Below are positions 52,872 through 64,000 of a DNA stretch of 64,000 bases, one piece after another (the first letter of the stretch is position 1; each line of letters begins with the position of its first letter). The position numbers and the translations under genes are program-made. The notes beneath the pieces were generated by a model. The model searched no databases, was not told the DNA's origin, and saw only the letters and a program-made list of their open reading frames with translations. The stretch is taken from contig OZ024750.1 of the NCBI GenBank assembly GCA_964016885.1, positions 29,078,001-29,142,000 of the forward strand, in the 5' to 3' direction. Source of the DNA: Eledone cirrhosa. Taxonomy: Eukaryota.

Positions 52872-52966
52872 TTATTCTGCGTACGTTTCGGTGACAAGAA
52901 TAAGTAATTGATAATCGATAATTTCGATTAATCAATTAATTTTTTTTATCACCTGATCAGAAATAA
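52872..52966 (-). ncRNA. Degenerate hammerhead-like motif with long stem II
   Basis: UUAUUU-CUGAUCA-GGUGA..long hairpin..UCACC-GAAA-CGUACG-CA-GAAUAA. Two core substitutions, so probably inactive. Confidence 0.5.
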
Positions 52967-54063
52967 TGTTTTCTGATTAAGGTACAAGGTTAACAAATTT
53001 TTTGGTATAGGTAGGGAGGAGGGTGATTAAATCGACCCGGTACGTTACTGGTACTTGATTTTATCAATCGCTTAAAGATGAAAGGTAAAAGTTAAAAAAA
53101 GGTAATATAAGAGGTAATAGTATTAACTAATGGACCTTACCTTGGATTTATTTGATCTGCATAATTAATGATTTATTCTATAGGTACAAGGCCAACAATT
53201 TGAGAAGAGGGGAAAATCGATCCAGTGCATTACTGGTACTTTATTTTATCGACCATGTAAGGGTGAAAGGCAAAGCTAACCTCATAATTAATAAATGTTA
53301 CACATTGAGCTTCCCTTCATCAAAACTAAATGGATATCTCCATTTATAAATCTTTGTGTATGTACACACACATATATATATATCATCATCGTTTAACGTC
53401 TATCTTCCACGCTAACATGGGTTAGACAGTTTTGTTCCATTTGATGCGGGAATGGTCGAGAGACCGTGATCTGTATATATGTGTGTGTGTGTTTCCCTAA
53501 ACTTTCTTTATAATACATATTTGGCATAGATACATTTTCTAAAGTATGGGTTATGTTTATATAATCTACACTGATTTTTTTTCTTTCTTTCAATCACGAA
53601 AATTACCGGATGTCGTTTGTAATCTTAAAAAGGATTACCAAACGCCCAACAAACCTTCAATCTCATAGGGAATCGACCAAAACTGGAATTGTAAGCCGTA
53701 ACAAACACAATAGCAGTAATGGTATATAACAGAATATATCTGTCACAAATATATATATACTGACATATAGAGCAGTTTTATAAATAAATATATCAAACAT
53801 TAACAGGAGATTTGTAAAGAATGTAAGAACATATCAATACAAAAGGTAGGATATTATGATTTAAGAAAAGCTTCAAATACCTGGCAATAATTATTTATAC
53901 TCCTTCGTACATATTCCAATGTATATGTGAGTCCTGGGTTCAATTGGGTGTAACCATAGTAAGTATGGTACTCAATACATTAGTAGTGTAAACATCAAGT
54001 TTAATATAGAAATGGTTTCTACAGGACTAGAACTGTTTCATTTAAAAGAAATCATCACATTAT

Positions 54064-54498
54064 ATGGTTTAGTGGTTAGAGCATTGGGCTTGCAATCGAA
54101 AGGTTGTGAGTTCAATACTTGGACCGGGTGATGTGTTGTTTCCTTGAGCAAGACACTTTATTTTCACATTGCTCCAGTTTATTCAGCTGTAGAAATGAGA
54201 TGATAGGACTAGGGTCCCTATCATTCCACTGCAAAGTGGTCATGGAGGTGCCACGGCAAAAAAGCACCCAGCCCACACTGTAAAGTGGACGTGTAGGCGC
54301 CACAAAAAAAAAAAAGCACCCAGCACTCACTGTAAATGAGGTTGATGTTAGGAAGGGCATCCAGCTGTAGAAATCAAGCCAGAATCAGTTCCCGTATGAG
54401 CAAGACAAGGTCAGCCGATCAGACACTGCCCACAACAGGACAACCCGTCTAACCCATGCTAGCGTGGAAGAACGGACGTAAAACGGTGATGATGATGA
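54064..54498 (+). mobile_element. tRNA-derived SINE in PSMD6 intron 1
   Basis: Same family as 48353-48668 with a (GAT)n tail. Confidence 0.85.
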
Positions 54499-54861
54499 TA
54501 TATATAAAATATATGAGTCTCGTAATGAATCTTGCTGTGATCATGCAACACCTGTTTCGGTGGCAGTGAGAATACCAGAAGCTATTTTGGGATTTTTGTC
54601 GATGTTCAGCAACATTTACTCACTATTGAAACAAAAGGGGTTAAAACCCTATATAGTTTTTGCATATGAAACATTGGCTGGAAGATTATAGTAGAGGAAA
54701 AGTGATAGAGAGTCGTGGTATATTTAAATAATGCAAGAAGCAAAGAAAATATCAGTGATACGAAAAGATTTCCTGGTGGAGGTTCAGGTAAACTCTGGGT
54801 ATATATCCAGTTTCAGAGTGAAAATCCAACGAATTTGAGAGGTCCACGTAAGCGTTGATAT

Positions 54862-55289
54862 ATATATGTATGTAAAAGGTAAACAGAAATGACAACACAA
54901 TCGATACAGTATAGGGAAGGAATATATTAGGTTAACGCTTGAAATAGCAGGAAAAGAGTCTTAACGTTTAGGACGCTAGTCATTCATCAGTAGAAAGAAT
55001 GAGAAATTAGATAGATTGAAGAGACGGGTGGGATGGAATTAGAGGATTGGATGCAAATAAGAGGAGAGGTTGGAAGAAGCGTTTGAGAGTGGAATGGAGC
55101 TGGCAGAGAAAAGATTTGAGATTGGGCATGTTGAAGGTACTAGGGTGGGAGGGAAAAATAGATGGATGAGAAGTAGTGTCCGAATGTTAAGACCCTCTTC
55201 CTGTTATTTCAAGCGTTAACCTAATATATTCCTTCCATATACTGTACTGATTGTGTTGTTATTTCTGTTTACCTTTTACATACATATAT
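54862..55289. mobile_element. Fold-back element with ~104-bp imperfect terminal inverted repeats
   Basis: 54862-54965 vs 55186-55289. A degenerate CUGAUGA..UAAACG motif lies on minus next to the left arm. Confidence 0.7.
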
Positions 55290-56097
55290 TTATATATAAA
55301 TCATCATCATCAGATAATGATGATACATATACTATGGTATAAATATCCAAGGGTTAGAGCACTCAGTCCATACGACGCATTAAGTATAATTAAGTACCTC
55401 TACATGTCACTGTTGTAACTAATTATATTTGTATAATATGTATATTCCAGGTGAAATCAGGAGTAACCACAGTTAAAAAGGTACTCAATACATTAGTAGA
55501 GTGCAAACATTATATAATATAGAAATGGCTTCTACAGAGTTGGAACTGTTTCATTCGTATGAAATCATCATACACACATATATATAGTTCAAGAAAACGA
55601 TAAAACAAAGGTTAAAAAAGTCTTATTAGTTTCACACTACATGGAAAAGAGGAAAGAAAGTTCGACGTGTTGGCCTTTAGCCCTTCTTCAGGAGTACAAA
55701 AATAGAGACAGGATCACAAAGGAGAGATACAGAAAATAAAAGTCCGCAGTAAAAAGACGAAAATAATGAGAGTAAAGAAGACAAACTGTTAGGTTGTGTT
55801 GGTAACAATTTTGCGGTATGAGCAGCTGTTTACAACTAGTTTGAACAGGAGAGAAATCTGGCCAGGTATGGCTCATTTAAATGCTAAAGGGTTAATACTG
55901 AAACAAAGCACTGTTGACACACAAGCACTAAATATTTTGTATTTAGTAGTTTTTCTGATGCTCTTTTCTCCCTCACCTACACAAATAATAAAAAATTTGT
56001 TTGTTTTTTTTGTCTCAAATCAGCTTTGAACAAGCAAACCTCTGATCAAAAGCGTTCCAGTCATAATTAAAATGTCTTGTCTTTATTTTCTCCTCAG

Positions 56098-56306
56098 ATA
56101 TGGCACCTTTTTATGAAACTGTTTGTGTCGCTCAGCTTGGTTTCAAAATGAATGAAAATCTTCTAAAAAAAATGAAGGAAACCAATGAAAACGATTTGAA
56201 GGCTATAGATGAAAAAATTATGGATGCCGAGCAACATCTTGGAGACACAGATGTTCGGGATTTTAGGCGGGAAAAAGCTGCCTATTTAAGCAAAATTGGA
56301 GACAAG
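56098..56306 (+). CDS. PSMD6: PSMD6 exon 2
   Basis: tcctcag|AT ATG GCA.. (N)MAPFYETVC..IGDK|gtaa. Confidence 0.97.
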
Positions 56307-56623
56307 GTAAATGACTTTTTTTTTTCTATATTGGATTGGTTTAGTACCCTGATCCCCAAAGCAGGGACTACCACCTTCTTGAAGGCACTGGGATATTCAA
56401 AAGGGACACAGGAAGGCAATCTGGAGAGTGGTCATAATGGTTAGTGTGGGACATCTGGAGTGTAGACTATTACCCACTCTACTACTCCCAAGTATCAAGT
56501 ATTCTGATAGTAATGGCCTAGCTGGTTTTTACCACATCCTATCTGATATATATATATAGAGAGAGAGAGGCTCTTTATTTGCATACAATGTTTATGAAAT
56601 AATTTTATTTATATTTTTTTCAG

Positions 56624-56769
56624 GAAGCTGCTTTGGTTCAATTCCAGAAGATAAGTGATAATACTTTACCACTTGGTTATGATTTAGATTTGGTCTTTCA
56701 TCGCATTAGAATTGGTCTGTTTTATATGGACCATGATTTAATCACTCGCTGTTTGGAAAAGGCTCAGTC
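56624..56769 (+). CDS. PSMD6: PSMD6 exon 3
   Basis: tttcag|[24 protein letters not shown]|gtaag, phase 2. Confidence 0.97.
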
Positions 56770-56977
56770 GTAAGTTTGTCATATGTTTCATTTATTGGTC
56801 AGAAGAAACATATTTTACCATTTGTTGTTTTTTTTTGTTTTTTTTTGTTTTTTTGTTAGTTGCCATATTTATCTTCTAGGATTAATTTCTATGATGTTAG
56901 TTATATATATAAAAAAAAAGTTTAAAAGTATATCTCAAATCTAGAGGCTCAAGGCAGCGTGTATCATGTGGCATTAA

Positions 56978-57154
56978 CCTTTTAGCATTTACATTACTCT
57001 ATATATACTATTATAATTTCATGGTAAAGGCTTTATTATCTCACATATTGAGAACAATACCTTAACATCAGTATGAGTAGCAAGTTACAGCTGGTTTGAA
57101 CAGAAAGAAGTAAGAGAATTCTGGCCGAGTATAGCCAGTTTAAATGCTAAAGGG
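56978..57154 (+). mobile_element. piggyBac-type MITE in PSMD6 intron 3
   Basis: TTAA|CCTTTTAGCATT..AATGCTAAAGGG|TCAA; same family as 2310-2516. Confidence 0.75.
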
Positions 57155-57424
57155 TCAAGTGACAGAATACAAGACATTCTCCTGGCTTGGAAGCCAGTCT
57201 GCCTCAAGGCTAAGCTCTCTGCTGCTAGTAATACTTCTGTTTTCAGTTGAGTGAATTAGAGCAGTGTGAAATGAAGTGCCTGCCTTCCTCATGGGTATAA
57301 CGAGCAGCTCTATTTGGGAATGAAACCCAAGCCCTCAAAACCCTGAGATCAATAGGTTTACTATGTTAGTGTAGTAGCTATGTTTTTCTCCTATGTAAAC
57401 ACTTCTGGTTCTCTCTGTTTCCAG

Positions 57425-57644
57425 ATTAATTGATCAAGGTGGTGATTGGGATCGACGTAATCGTTTAAAAGTCTATCGTGGTGTTTACTGTATGTCAATA
57501 CGTGAATTTAAAAAGGCTGCTAACCTTTTCTTGGATACCGTGGCAACTTTTACTTCATATGAACTCATGGATTATCAAACCTTTGTCACTTATACTGTCT
57601 TCTGTTGTGCCATTGCACTACAACGACCTAAACTCAGGAAACAG
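57425..57644 (+). CDS. PSMD6: PSMD6 exon 4
   Basis: [31 protein letters not shown]|gtaag. Confidence 0.98.
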
Positions 57645-58348
57645 GTAAGTTCTCTGCTTTGACCAGTTATATTTTCAGACTTGGTGAAGGGTAGCTAGAG
57701 CAAAATAGGCATGGAAGAAGTTTTGGCTAATGAGGAGGGAAGCATTGCTGAAACTGAAGGGAAATGTGTATGCTACATATATGAGACGTGGGACATGGGG
57801 GGTTGAATATGGAGCAGCAGAGTAGGTTGGAAACAAGAAGTGTAACAACACAGTAGGCATTTTTGGGTGTGTCCCCTCAGTTACGTTCATTCACAGAAAT
57901 CCTATATACGTCTCTAGCTATGGTTCAGCAATGAGATACATCCTGTAGTAGACTTGGTAAAGTGATTAGTGAATGGAGACAAGTTGAGATTACTCTTCAA
58001 TTTCTCAATGACGCAACAATCTCTCTAGTGCTGGTGCCATCCTGAAATACACTTAGTACATTCTGTTAAGTCGTTGGCATGCGGAAAGTCATTGAACTGT
58101 AAAAATCAGGCCCCAGATGGAGCATGTGAGCAAGATGTAGTTCCTGATTCCTGAATTGTCCAGGAGGGCAGTACCGCCAAATAAGAACTGGCTCTTGGTA
58201 ACCTGTCCAACCTATACCAGGATAGACAGAACATAAAATGATGATGCTGATGATAGTAACTTTATTATTGTTTTTCATCTCTAAGTAATTTTAAAATATG
58301 CTAATATTTCACTTCTCTTATCATCACCTTGGTGAGTCAAATAATACT

Positions 58349-58470
58349 ATGAAGGCACATAGCTGAGTGGTTAGGCTGTTGAACTCGCAATCATAGTTTT
58401 GTGGGTTCAATTCAGAAACCAGGTGTTGCATGTTGTGTTCTTGAGCAAGATGCTTCATTTCATGTTGCTT
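58349..58470 (+). mobile_element. SINE head fragment
   Basis: gaaggcacatagctgagtggttag..gggttcaattc..ttcttgagcaagatgcttcatttc. Confidence 0.65.
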
Positions 58471-59053
58471 TTTATGATAGGATTTGAAACAACCTATAAG
58501 ATGTAACCTAAGGAGGCTAGCTAAAGCTGCATAGATGTGAGCTGTAAATTTTATATTTCTAAAAACACTGAAATGTGTTCAAAATTGTCTCTCATACTTA
58601 CCCAAATGATTTAAATAATATTGAACCAATTTTGTATATTTCCTCATCTCATAATTATTTCTAATTAGATTGTTGATGCTCATTAACATCCATTTTCCCT
58701 GTTGGCATGAGTTGGACAAGTTATCACAAACTAAGTCAGTACTTAATCAGAGCTGGGAGCCTACTTCTCACACTACAGAGTGCACTGGGGGTATTTTATT
58801 GTGGCACCAACACTAGGAAGCTTGTCATGACTTTGACACAACTGAAGGGTCCTCCCAACCCTTTGTTTGGCATACTTTCTACAGCTTGATGTCCTTCCTA
58901 TCACCAACTAGCTTACAGTAGATATATTAACACAAACTTAAATTCTGAAGATCTATTTGGCTTTTATTTATTAAGGGTTATTAATTGATTTTATATATTA
59001 CTCTATCCATTATTTCTATTTTCTACAAAATGTAAAATTTTACTTTTTTACAG

Positions 59054-59162
59054 GTCATCAAAGGATCTGAAATTTTAGAGGTTTTACACAGCTTGCCCAA
59101 CGTCAAATCCTTTTTATTTTCACTCTATGACTGTGACTATGCTGCTTTCTTTAAGATTCTTG
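59054..59162 (+). CDS. PSMD6: PSMD6 exon 5
   Basis: [27 protein letters not shown]|gtgag, phase 1. Confidence 0.98.
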
Positions 59163-59826
59163 GTGAGTCATTTCATCTTATACTTTTATTGTTTTAATCT
59201 TATTTTTTGTACTGTCATTAGACTGAGGCCATGTTGGAGCTTGAAAGGATTTAGTCGATCATATTGATGTCAATCCAAGGTTAACTTTGCCTTTCATCCA
59301 TTCGAGGTCAATAAAAGAAAGTACCAGTCTAGTACTGGGATTGATTCTTGCTCTATATCTCTTTCTTTGAAAGAAATCTGCTGTATTTAGAGCTGGAGAG
59401 AGATAGGCTCTACCAGGGGTTTAAAAATGCCCTAGAAACGCTGTATGTCAATATGGCGTCCCTACAACTCTGTCAGGAGTTACGGGACTATGCATGCCAT
59501 GCATGCATTAATCTCAATACTTATTTGTTCCAAGTCTGATACTTAGTTTAATGATTCTATTTCTGGAACTGCTATGATACTGCACATTAATGAACAGCAA
59601 AACTTAGACAGGGACATATTCTACACTATAATCACATATTATACATATATCACTATATTTTTTGTCACATTGCCAGTCTGAAAAGCAGATCGATAATGGA
59701 GTCAGGTCCATAACTCCTATGGGTGACATGAGCCAATCCTCTGTGAAATGTGTGTAACAGGTTAATACACATTAAACATCTAATACATGTAAATGGAACT
59801 TCCTTGTTTTTTCTAATATATATATA

Positions 59827-59874
<48 letters not shown>

Positions 59875-59888
59875 TGTGTGTATATATA

Positions 59889-59966
<78 letters not shown>

Positions 59967-60160
59967 ACAGAAGATCCCATTAAGGGTGAAAGCAGTAATT
60001 CTTTGCTTAAACTTTAATCTGTACTTATAATAAATATATATAAATATATATATACACACATGTATGTGTGTATATATATATGGTGTTTTTCCATTAAATC
60101 TTAGTTTTGTTGTGAAATATCTATTAATTGCTAATTGCTAGTATTTTGTATTATTTACAG

Positions 60161-60329
60161 CTTGGGTAGAAAAGAAGATGCAGTATGATAGATTGTTGTC
60201 CCTACATTATCGTTATTACATTCGAGAAATGAGGATTGTTGCCTACTCTCAACTTCTTGAGTCTTACCGTAGCTTGACTCTTGCTTGCATGGCTGAGACT
60301 TTTGGTGTTACATCTAAGTTTATAGATCA
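60161..60329 (+). CDS. PSMD6: PSMD6 exon 6
   Basis: [29 protein letters not shown]|gtaag, phase 2. Confidence 0.98.
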
Positions 60330-60339
60330 GTAAGTCTGT

Positions 60340-60376
<37 letters not shown>

Positions 60377-60875
60377 TTGTTATATATATGTGTGTGTTTA
60401 TCATCATCATCGTTTAACATCTATCTTCCATGTTAGCATGGGTTTGACGGGAATTGTCCCACTTGAGGCAAGATTGGTCGGGTGACCGTGTCTCGCTTGT
60501 ATAGGACTATCTGGCAAATTTTCTACGGCTGGATGCCCTTTCTAAAACCGACCGCATTTACAGTGTAGACTGGGAGCTTTTTACCATGTTACCTACACGA
60601 CCACATTACAGCGTGGGCTGTGTTTTTTTGTCATGACACCTACCCGACCTCATTAGTTTGGACTCATTAGGGGTAGTGGGTTTGGTGTGTATGTTTGGTT
60701 TGGAGGGGCCTACTGACTGTAGGTTAACTTTGCACGTAGGGAAGGTGAGTCTTCTGTATTACTGTGTGGCGCCAAAGATCTCGATACAGTGACATTGTCT
60801 CAGAGAGGTGCAAGTAAAAGGTAAATAACAACACAATTCGTATAGTATATGGAAGGATATTGGTTGTTTTATAAA

Positions 60876-61217
60876 AAAAGGGTAAAGACACCCTTTGGTA
60901 ACGAATGACCATGGGATTTGCTCTTAGAGTGTTCCCCTCTGAGGCACAAGTCTAGGTAAGGTTATTTGTGGATGACCAGCAGTTGCACATGCATACTAGT
61001 CTCCCCCACTCCACGCCACCAATGTTGTCCAAGGCAAGGGCTGATACAGCTTGGCACCAGCGACATTGCAACTCATTTCTACAACAAAGTGAACTGGAGC
61101 AATGTGAAGTAAAGTGTTTTCCTCCCTCAAGAACACAACGCAAAGTCTAGTCTGAGAATCAAACTGACAACCTCACAATTGTAAGCCCGACACTCTAACC
61201 ACTAAGCCATGTGCCTT
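60876..61217 (-). mobile_element. tRNA-derived SINE in PSMD6 intron 6
   Basis: Minus: AAGGCACATGGCTTAGTGGTTAGAG..AGTTTGATTC..CACTTTACTTCACATTGCTCCAG. Confidence 0.75.
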
Positions 61218-61302
61218 TACATCATTTTATATATATATATATATATATGTTTGTGTGTATATATTTGTTGTTACATATATATGTGTGTGTGTGTGTGTGT
61301 AA

Positions 61303-62441
61303 CAGTAAATTGGGACCATTTAAATAACTTGGAAAAAATCATACACTGCAAATTTTATGTTTATGCCAATTTATTGTGGAGTGTTTAGCACTTCAGTTCA
61401 ATGTTACCACCATTTGCTTTCTTTACCAGTTCAATCCCTTTACGAAATGATTCACATACCTTAACTATTTCTTCCTTTTCCATTTTACTGAATGCATGCT
61501 TGATTGAAGCCTTCAGTGAAGACACACAGTTGTGAGTTGTGTTGGATATTGCTTCAACTGTGCCCCAAAGCTAAAAATCACATGGATTCAAATCTGGTGA
61601 GTTAGAGGGCTGGATATATTTAGGGACAAACATGGGCAATACCTTCTTAAAAAATTCTTGCACTCTTTTCGAAGAATGGGCAGGCAAGGAGTCCTGTACA
61701 AATATGACTCGACTTGCATCATAATGCTTCCTAATCCAAGGCAACAAAGATTTTGAGATACTCTGCTGTGTTGATTTTTTAAGTCCTGTTCTAATAAAAT
61801 GAGACATCAATTTCCCATCACTTGCAATAGCTCCAAAGACCATAATGGAAACCGGATTCTTGATATGCATAGCTGAAGGAACTTGGGAAGGGTTGTATGC
61901 TATCACTCGTGAGCTTTGGCAGTTTGCAAGTTCGTCTACCACAAACTTCTTTTCACCCACGCAGACGTCTCCACCACAATGTTTCAGATGACTAAGAAGT
62001 TTGGGACTTCTTTCAGCTCAAATGGCTTTGGAGTGGGTAGTTAGGATCTAACTGTCTCCTCACGTACAGTTTCATATGAAAGTCTTGTCTCGATCTTGAG
62101 CTAACTTCACCATCAAATTTTATGCGTTTGACTCAATCGATCTTTTAAGTCCTGCTAAGAAGCGAGGACTGTGAGGCTTTTCTTCAAGTTGGCTACAACT
62201 CTAAAAACAGTAGATTTGGCATTCTTTGTGGCTCTAACAATCTCCCCAGCACTTTTGCCGGCGTGAAATAATTCGGCAATTACAATTTTACAGTTTAATT
62301 CTTTATTAACATACTATTTTTTATTTCAGATTAAACAAATTATGAATAAGTGATTATTCACGCTGGTAATATTTAAAATTTAGACTCCAATAAAATCTAT
62401 ACAATTAGAAATATACCCATTTGAAAGTCCCAATTTACCTG
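61303..62441 (-). mobile_element. Degenerate Tc1/mariner DD37D (maT-type) transposon
   Basis: TIRs CAG(G)TAAATTGGGAC. ORF 61571-61960 has VFGAIASDG, FVQDSLPAH and SPDLNPCD, with 37 residues between the last two Asp. Confidence 0.85.
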
Positions 62442-62468
62442 CGTGTGTGTACATATATATATATTTAT

Positions 62469-62500
<32 letters not shown>

Positions 62501-62506
62501 TGGTTA

Positions 62507-62541
<35 letters not shown>

Positions 62542-62679
62542 TGGTTATATATCATCATCATTTAACGTTCATTTTGTTTATTAAAATGGTTTACATGTTT
62601 CAGTGTTCTGTGTCTGTCTAGAATAACCAATTGTAAAAGTCTGTTTATTAAAATGGTTTACTACTTTCATCTTTTGTAG

Positions 62680-62785
62680 GGAACTTTCTCGATTCATTGC
62701 TGCTGGTCGACTTCATTGCAAGATTGACAAGGTTGCGGGAGTTGTGGTAACTAACCGACCTGACAGCAAAAATTCGCAGTATCAG
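62680..62785 (+). CDS. PSMD6: PSMD6 exon 7
   Basis: [30 protein letters not shown]|gttag. Confidence 0.98.
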
Positions 62786-62972
62786 GTTAGTTGTGCTATA
62801 GAAATTTTAAAAAAATATTTTTCCTACTTTCTTTGATCTGTCTATATATGTGAATATTTATGTTACTTAACACTATGACTATCTTCTATATTTTTAAAAT
62901 ATTTCCATATTTTACCTGCATTAATAGTTACTCATGTCACTGATTATTTTCAATTATATTTATCTATTTTAG

Positions 62973-63041
62973 GATACAATCAAGCAAGGAGATAATCTTT
63001 TAAATAGAGTCCAGAAACTGAGTCGTATTATTAACATATGA
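62973..63041 (+). CDS. PSMD6: PSMD6 exon 8 (last coding exon)
   Basis: ttttag|DTIKQGDNLLNRVQKLSRIINI*. Exon lengths sum to 1173 nt = 390 aa plus stop. Confidence 0.98.
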   Translation, partial: DTIKQGDNLLNRVQKLSRIINI

Positions 63042-63586
63042 ACAGAAGAAGCAGTGTTTCTAATAGTCAGCTTGCTTTTATGAAAGTTTCAGTTCTTACT
63101 TTCTTAGGATGATGTACATATAATGCAATGACTATACGAAAGAGATGTTTACATTAAGGATTAATTTAAGAAATCCGGCTTAAATTATTTCTAGCCATAT
63201 CATGAAAAGATGTGATGGATCCCACTGAAAAGAACTGGAAACATTTTTTTCCCCCTTTCCACCCTTTCTTTGAACTTTACCATTTTAAGACAACTGATCC
63301 ACTATAGTTACATAAGTTCAAGGTAAGGTTGAACACTTTAAGTTTTTATTAGTCCTGCTGTCTGTAGGTGTTAACCTTCAGTGTTGTTGATATGACCAGC
63401 ATTTTTTTTTTTCCCTACTGCAATCAACCATTAATTAGAAAGATCAGCTGAACTTTTTTTTATGGGGTTCGTTTACATCTGTTACAGTCATTAAAACCTT
63501 CTGTAATTTTCATGTCTATCAATTAAAAGTTCAATTTCTTCACTGATAATTGACTATTATTATTAAAACCACTTTATTATTAATTA

Positions 63587-63592
63587 AATAAA
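63587..63592 (+). terminator. Possible PSMD6 polyadenylation signal
   Basis: AATAAA about 550 nt after the stop, followed by U/GU-rich sequence. ATTAAA alternatives lie upstream. Confidence 0.3.
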
Positions 63593-63749
63593 AATTATTC
63601 AAAACACTCTTTTCAAAAAAATATTTGTGTTGTTTTATTTCTAATGTCTGTAATATGAGTGAATTTCTCTTGTTTTGATTTGAAATTGAAGAGAAAGATT
63701 GTATCCTACATGTGTGAGAAATGCCATGATTTATGGGAGCCACATGTGG

Positions 63750-64000
63750 GAGATGAATGTGGAGCAGCAGAGAAGCTGGAAAGAACTGAAATGGGAATGG
63801 TCTAGTGAATGAGTGGAGTCTCTTTGAGAGAGATTGTAAATCATTGATGATGATGAAATAGTCAGTGATGAATGTTGTGAGGAGAAATGGAATGAGATGG
63901 TTGGGTCATGTGTTGAGGAAGGATGAAAGTGACTGGGTGAGAGAAGTGATGGAAATAGGGTCAGTTATGAATGTTGTGAGGATAAATGGAATGAGATGGT
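63750..64000 (+). mobile_element. Degenerate RTE-type fragment
   Basis: VVRRNGMRWLGHVLRKDESDWVRE resembles the RTE post-RT motif. Confidence 0.55.

Noticed and set aside
56307-56444. Extension of ORF 56100-56444 beyond IGDK
   Set aside because: Read-through into intron 2; similarity to PSMD6 ends at the GT donor.

Overview
AT-rich animal genomic DNA. The SINE and repeat content suggests an octopod cephalopod (inference). Two host genes are head-to-head: the complete 8-exon PSMD6/RPN7 gene (+, 51956-63041, 390 aa) and the 54-nt first coding exon of an APPL1/DIP13 orthologue (-, 46112-46165). No second APPL exon was found, so its intron 1 appears to span the left 46 kb. That region holds about 22 kb of degenerate (TA)n arrays with retroelements inserted in them: two CR1-group LINE families (2 and 3 copies), two copies of a ~610-bp non-autonomous RTE-like element, a Penelope-like element and SINE pieces. 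LINE family B is the most unusual feature. Its ORF2 has no AUG before the endonuclease motif and overlaps a CCCH-finger ORF1 in the -1 frame, just after a retrovirus-like slippery site (A-AAU-UUU/U-UUU-UUA) and a by-eye pseudoknot. Both long copies also share an in-frame UGA between the RT and the conserved C-terminal domain. The window also carries several minimal type-I hammerhead ribozymes in fold-back Penelope-derived elements and a 58-bp minisatellite with 8 perfect FOXO sites upstream of PSMD6. The very long Tyr/Ile ORFs in the ORF track are translations of microsatellite. All family assignments and RNA folds were made by eye, without searches.
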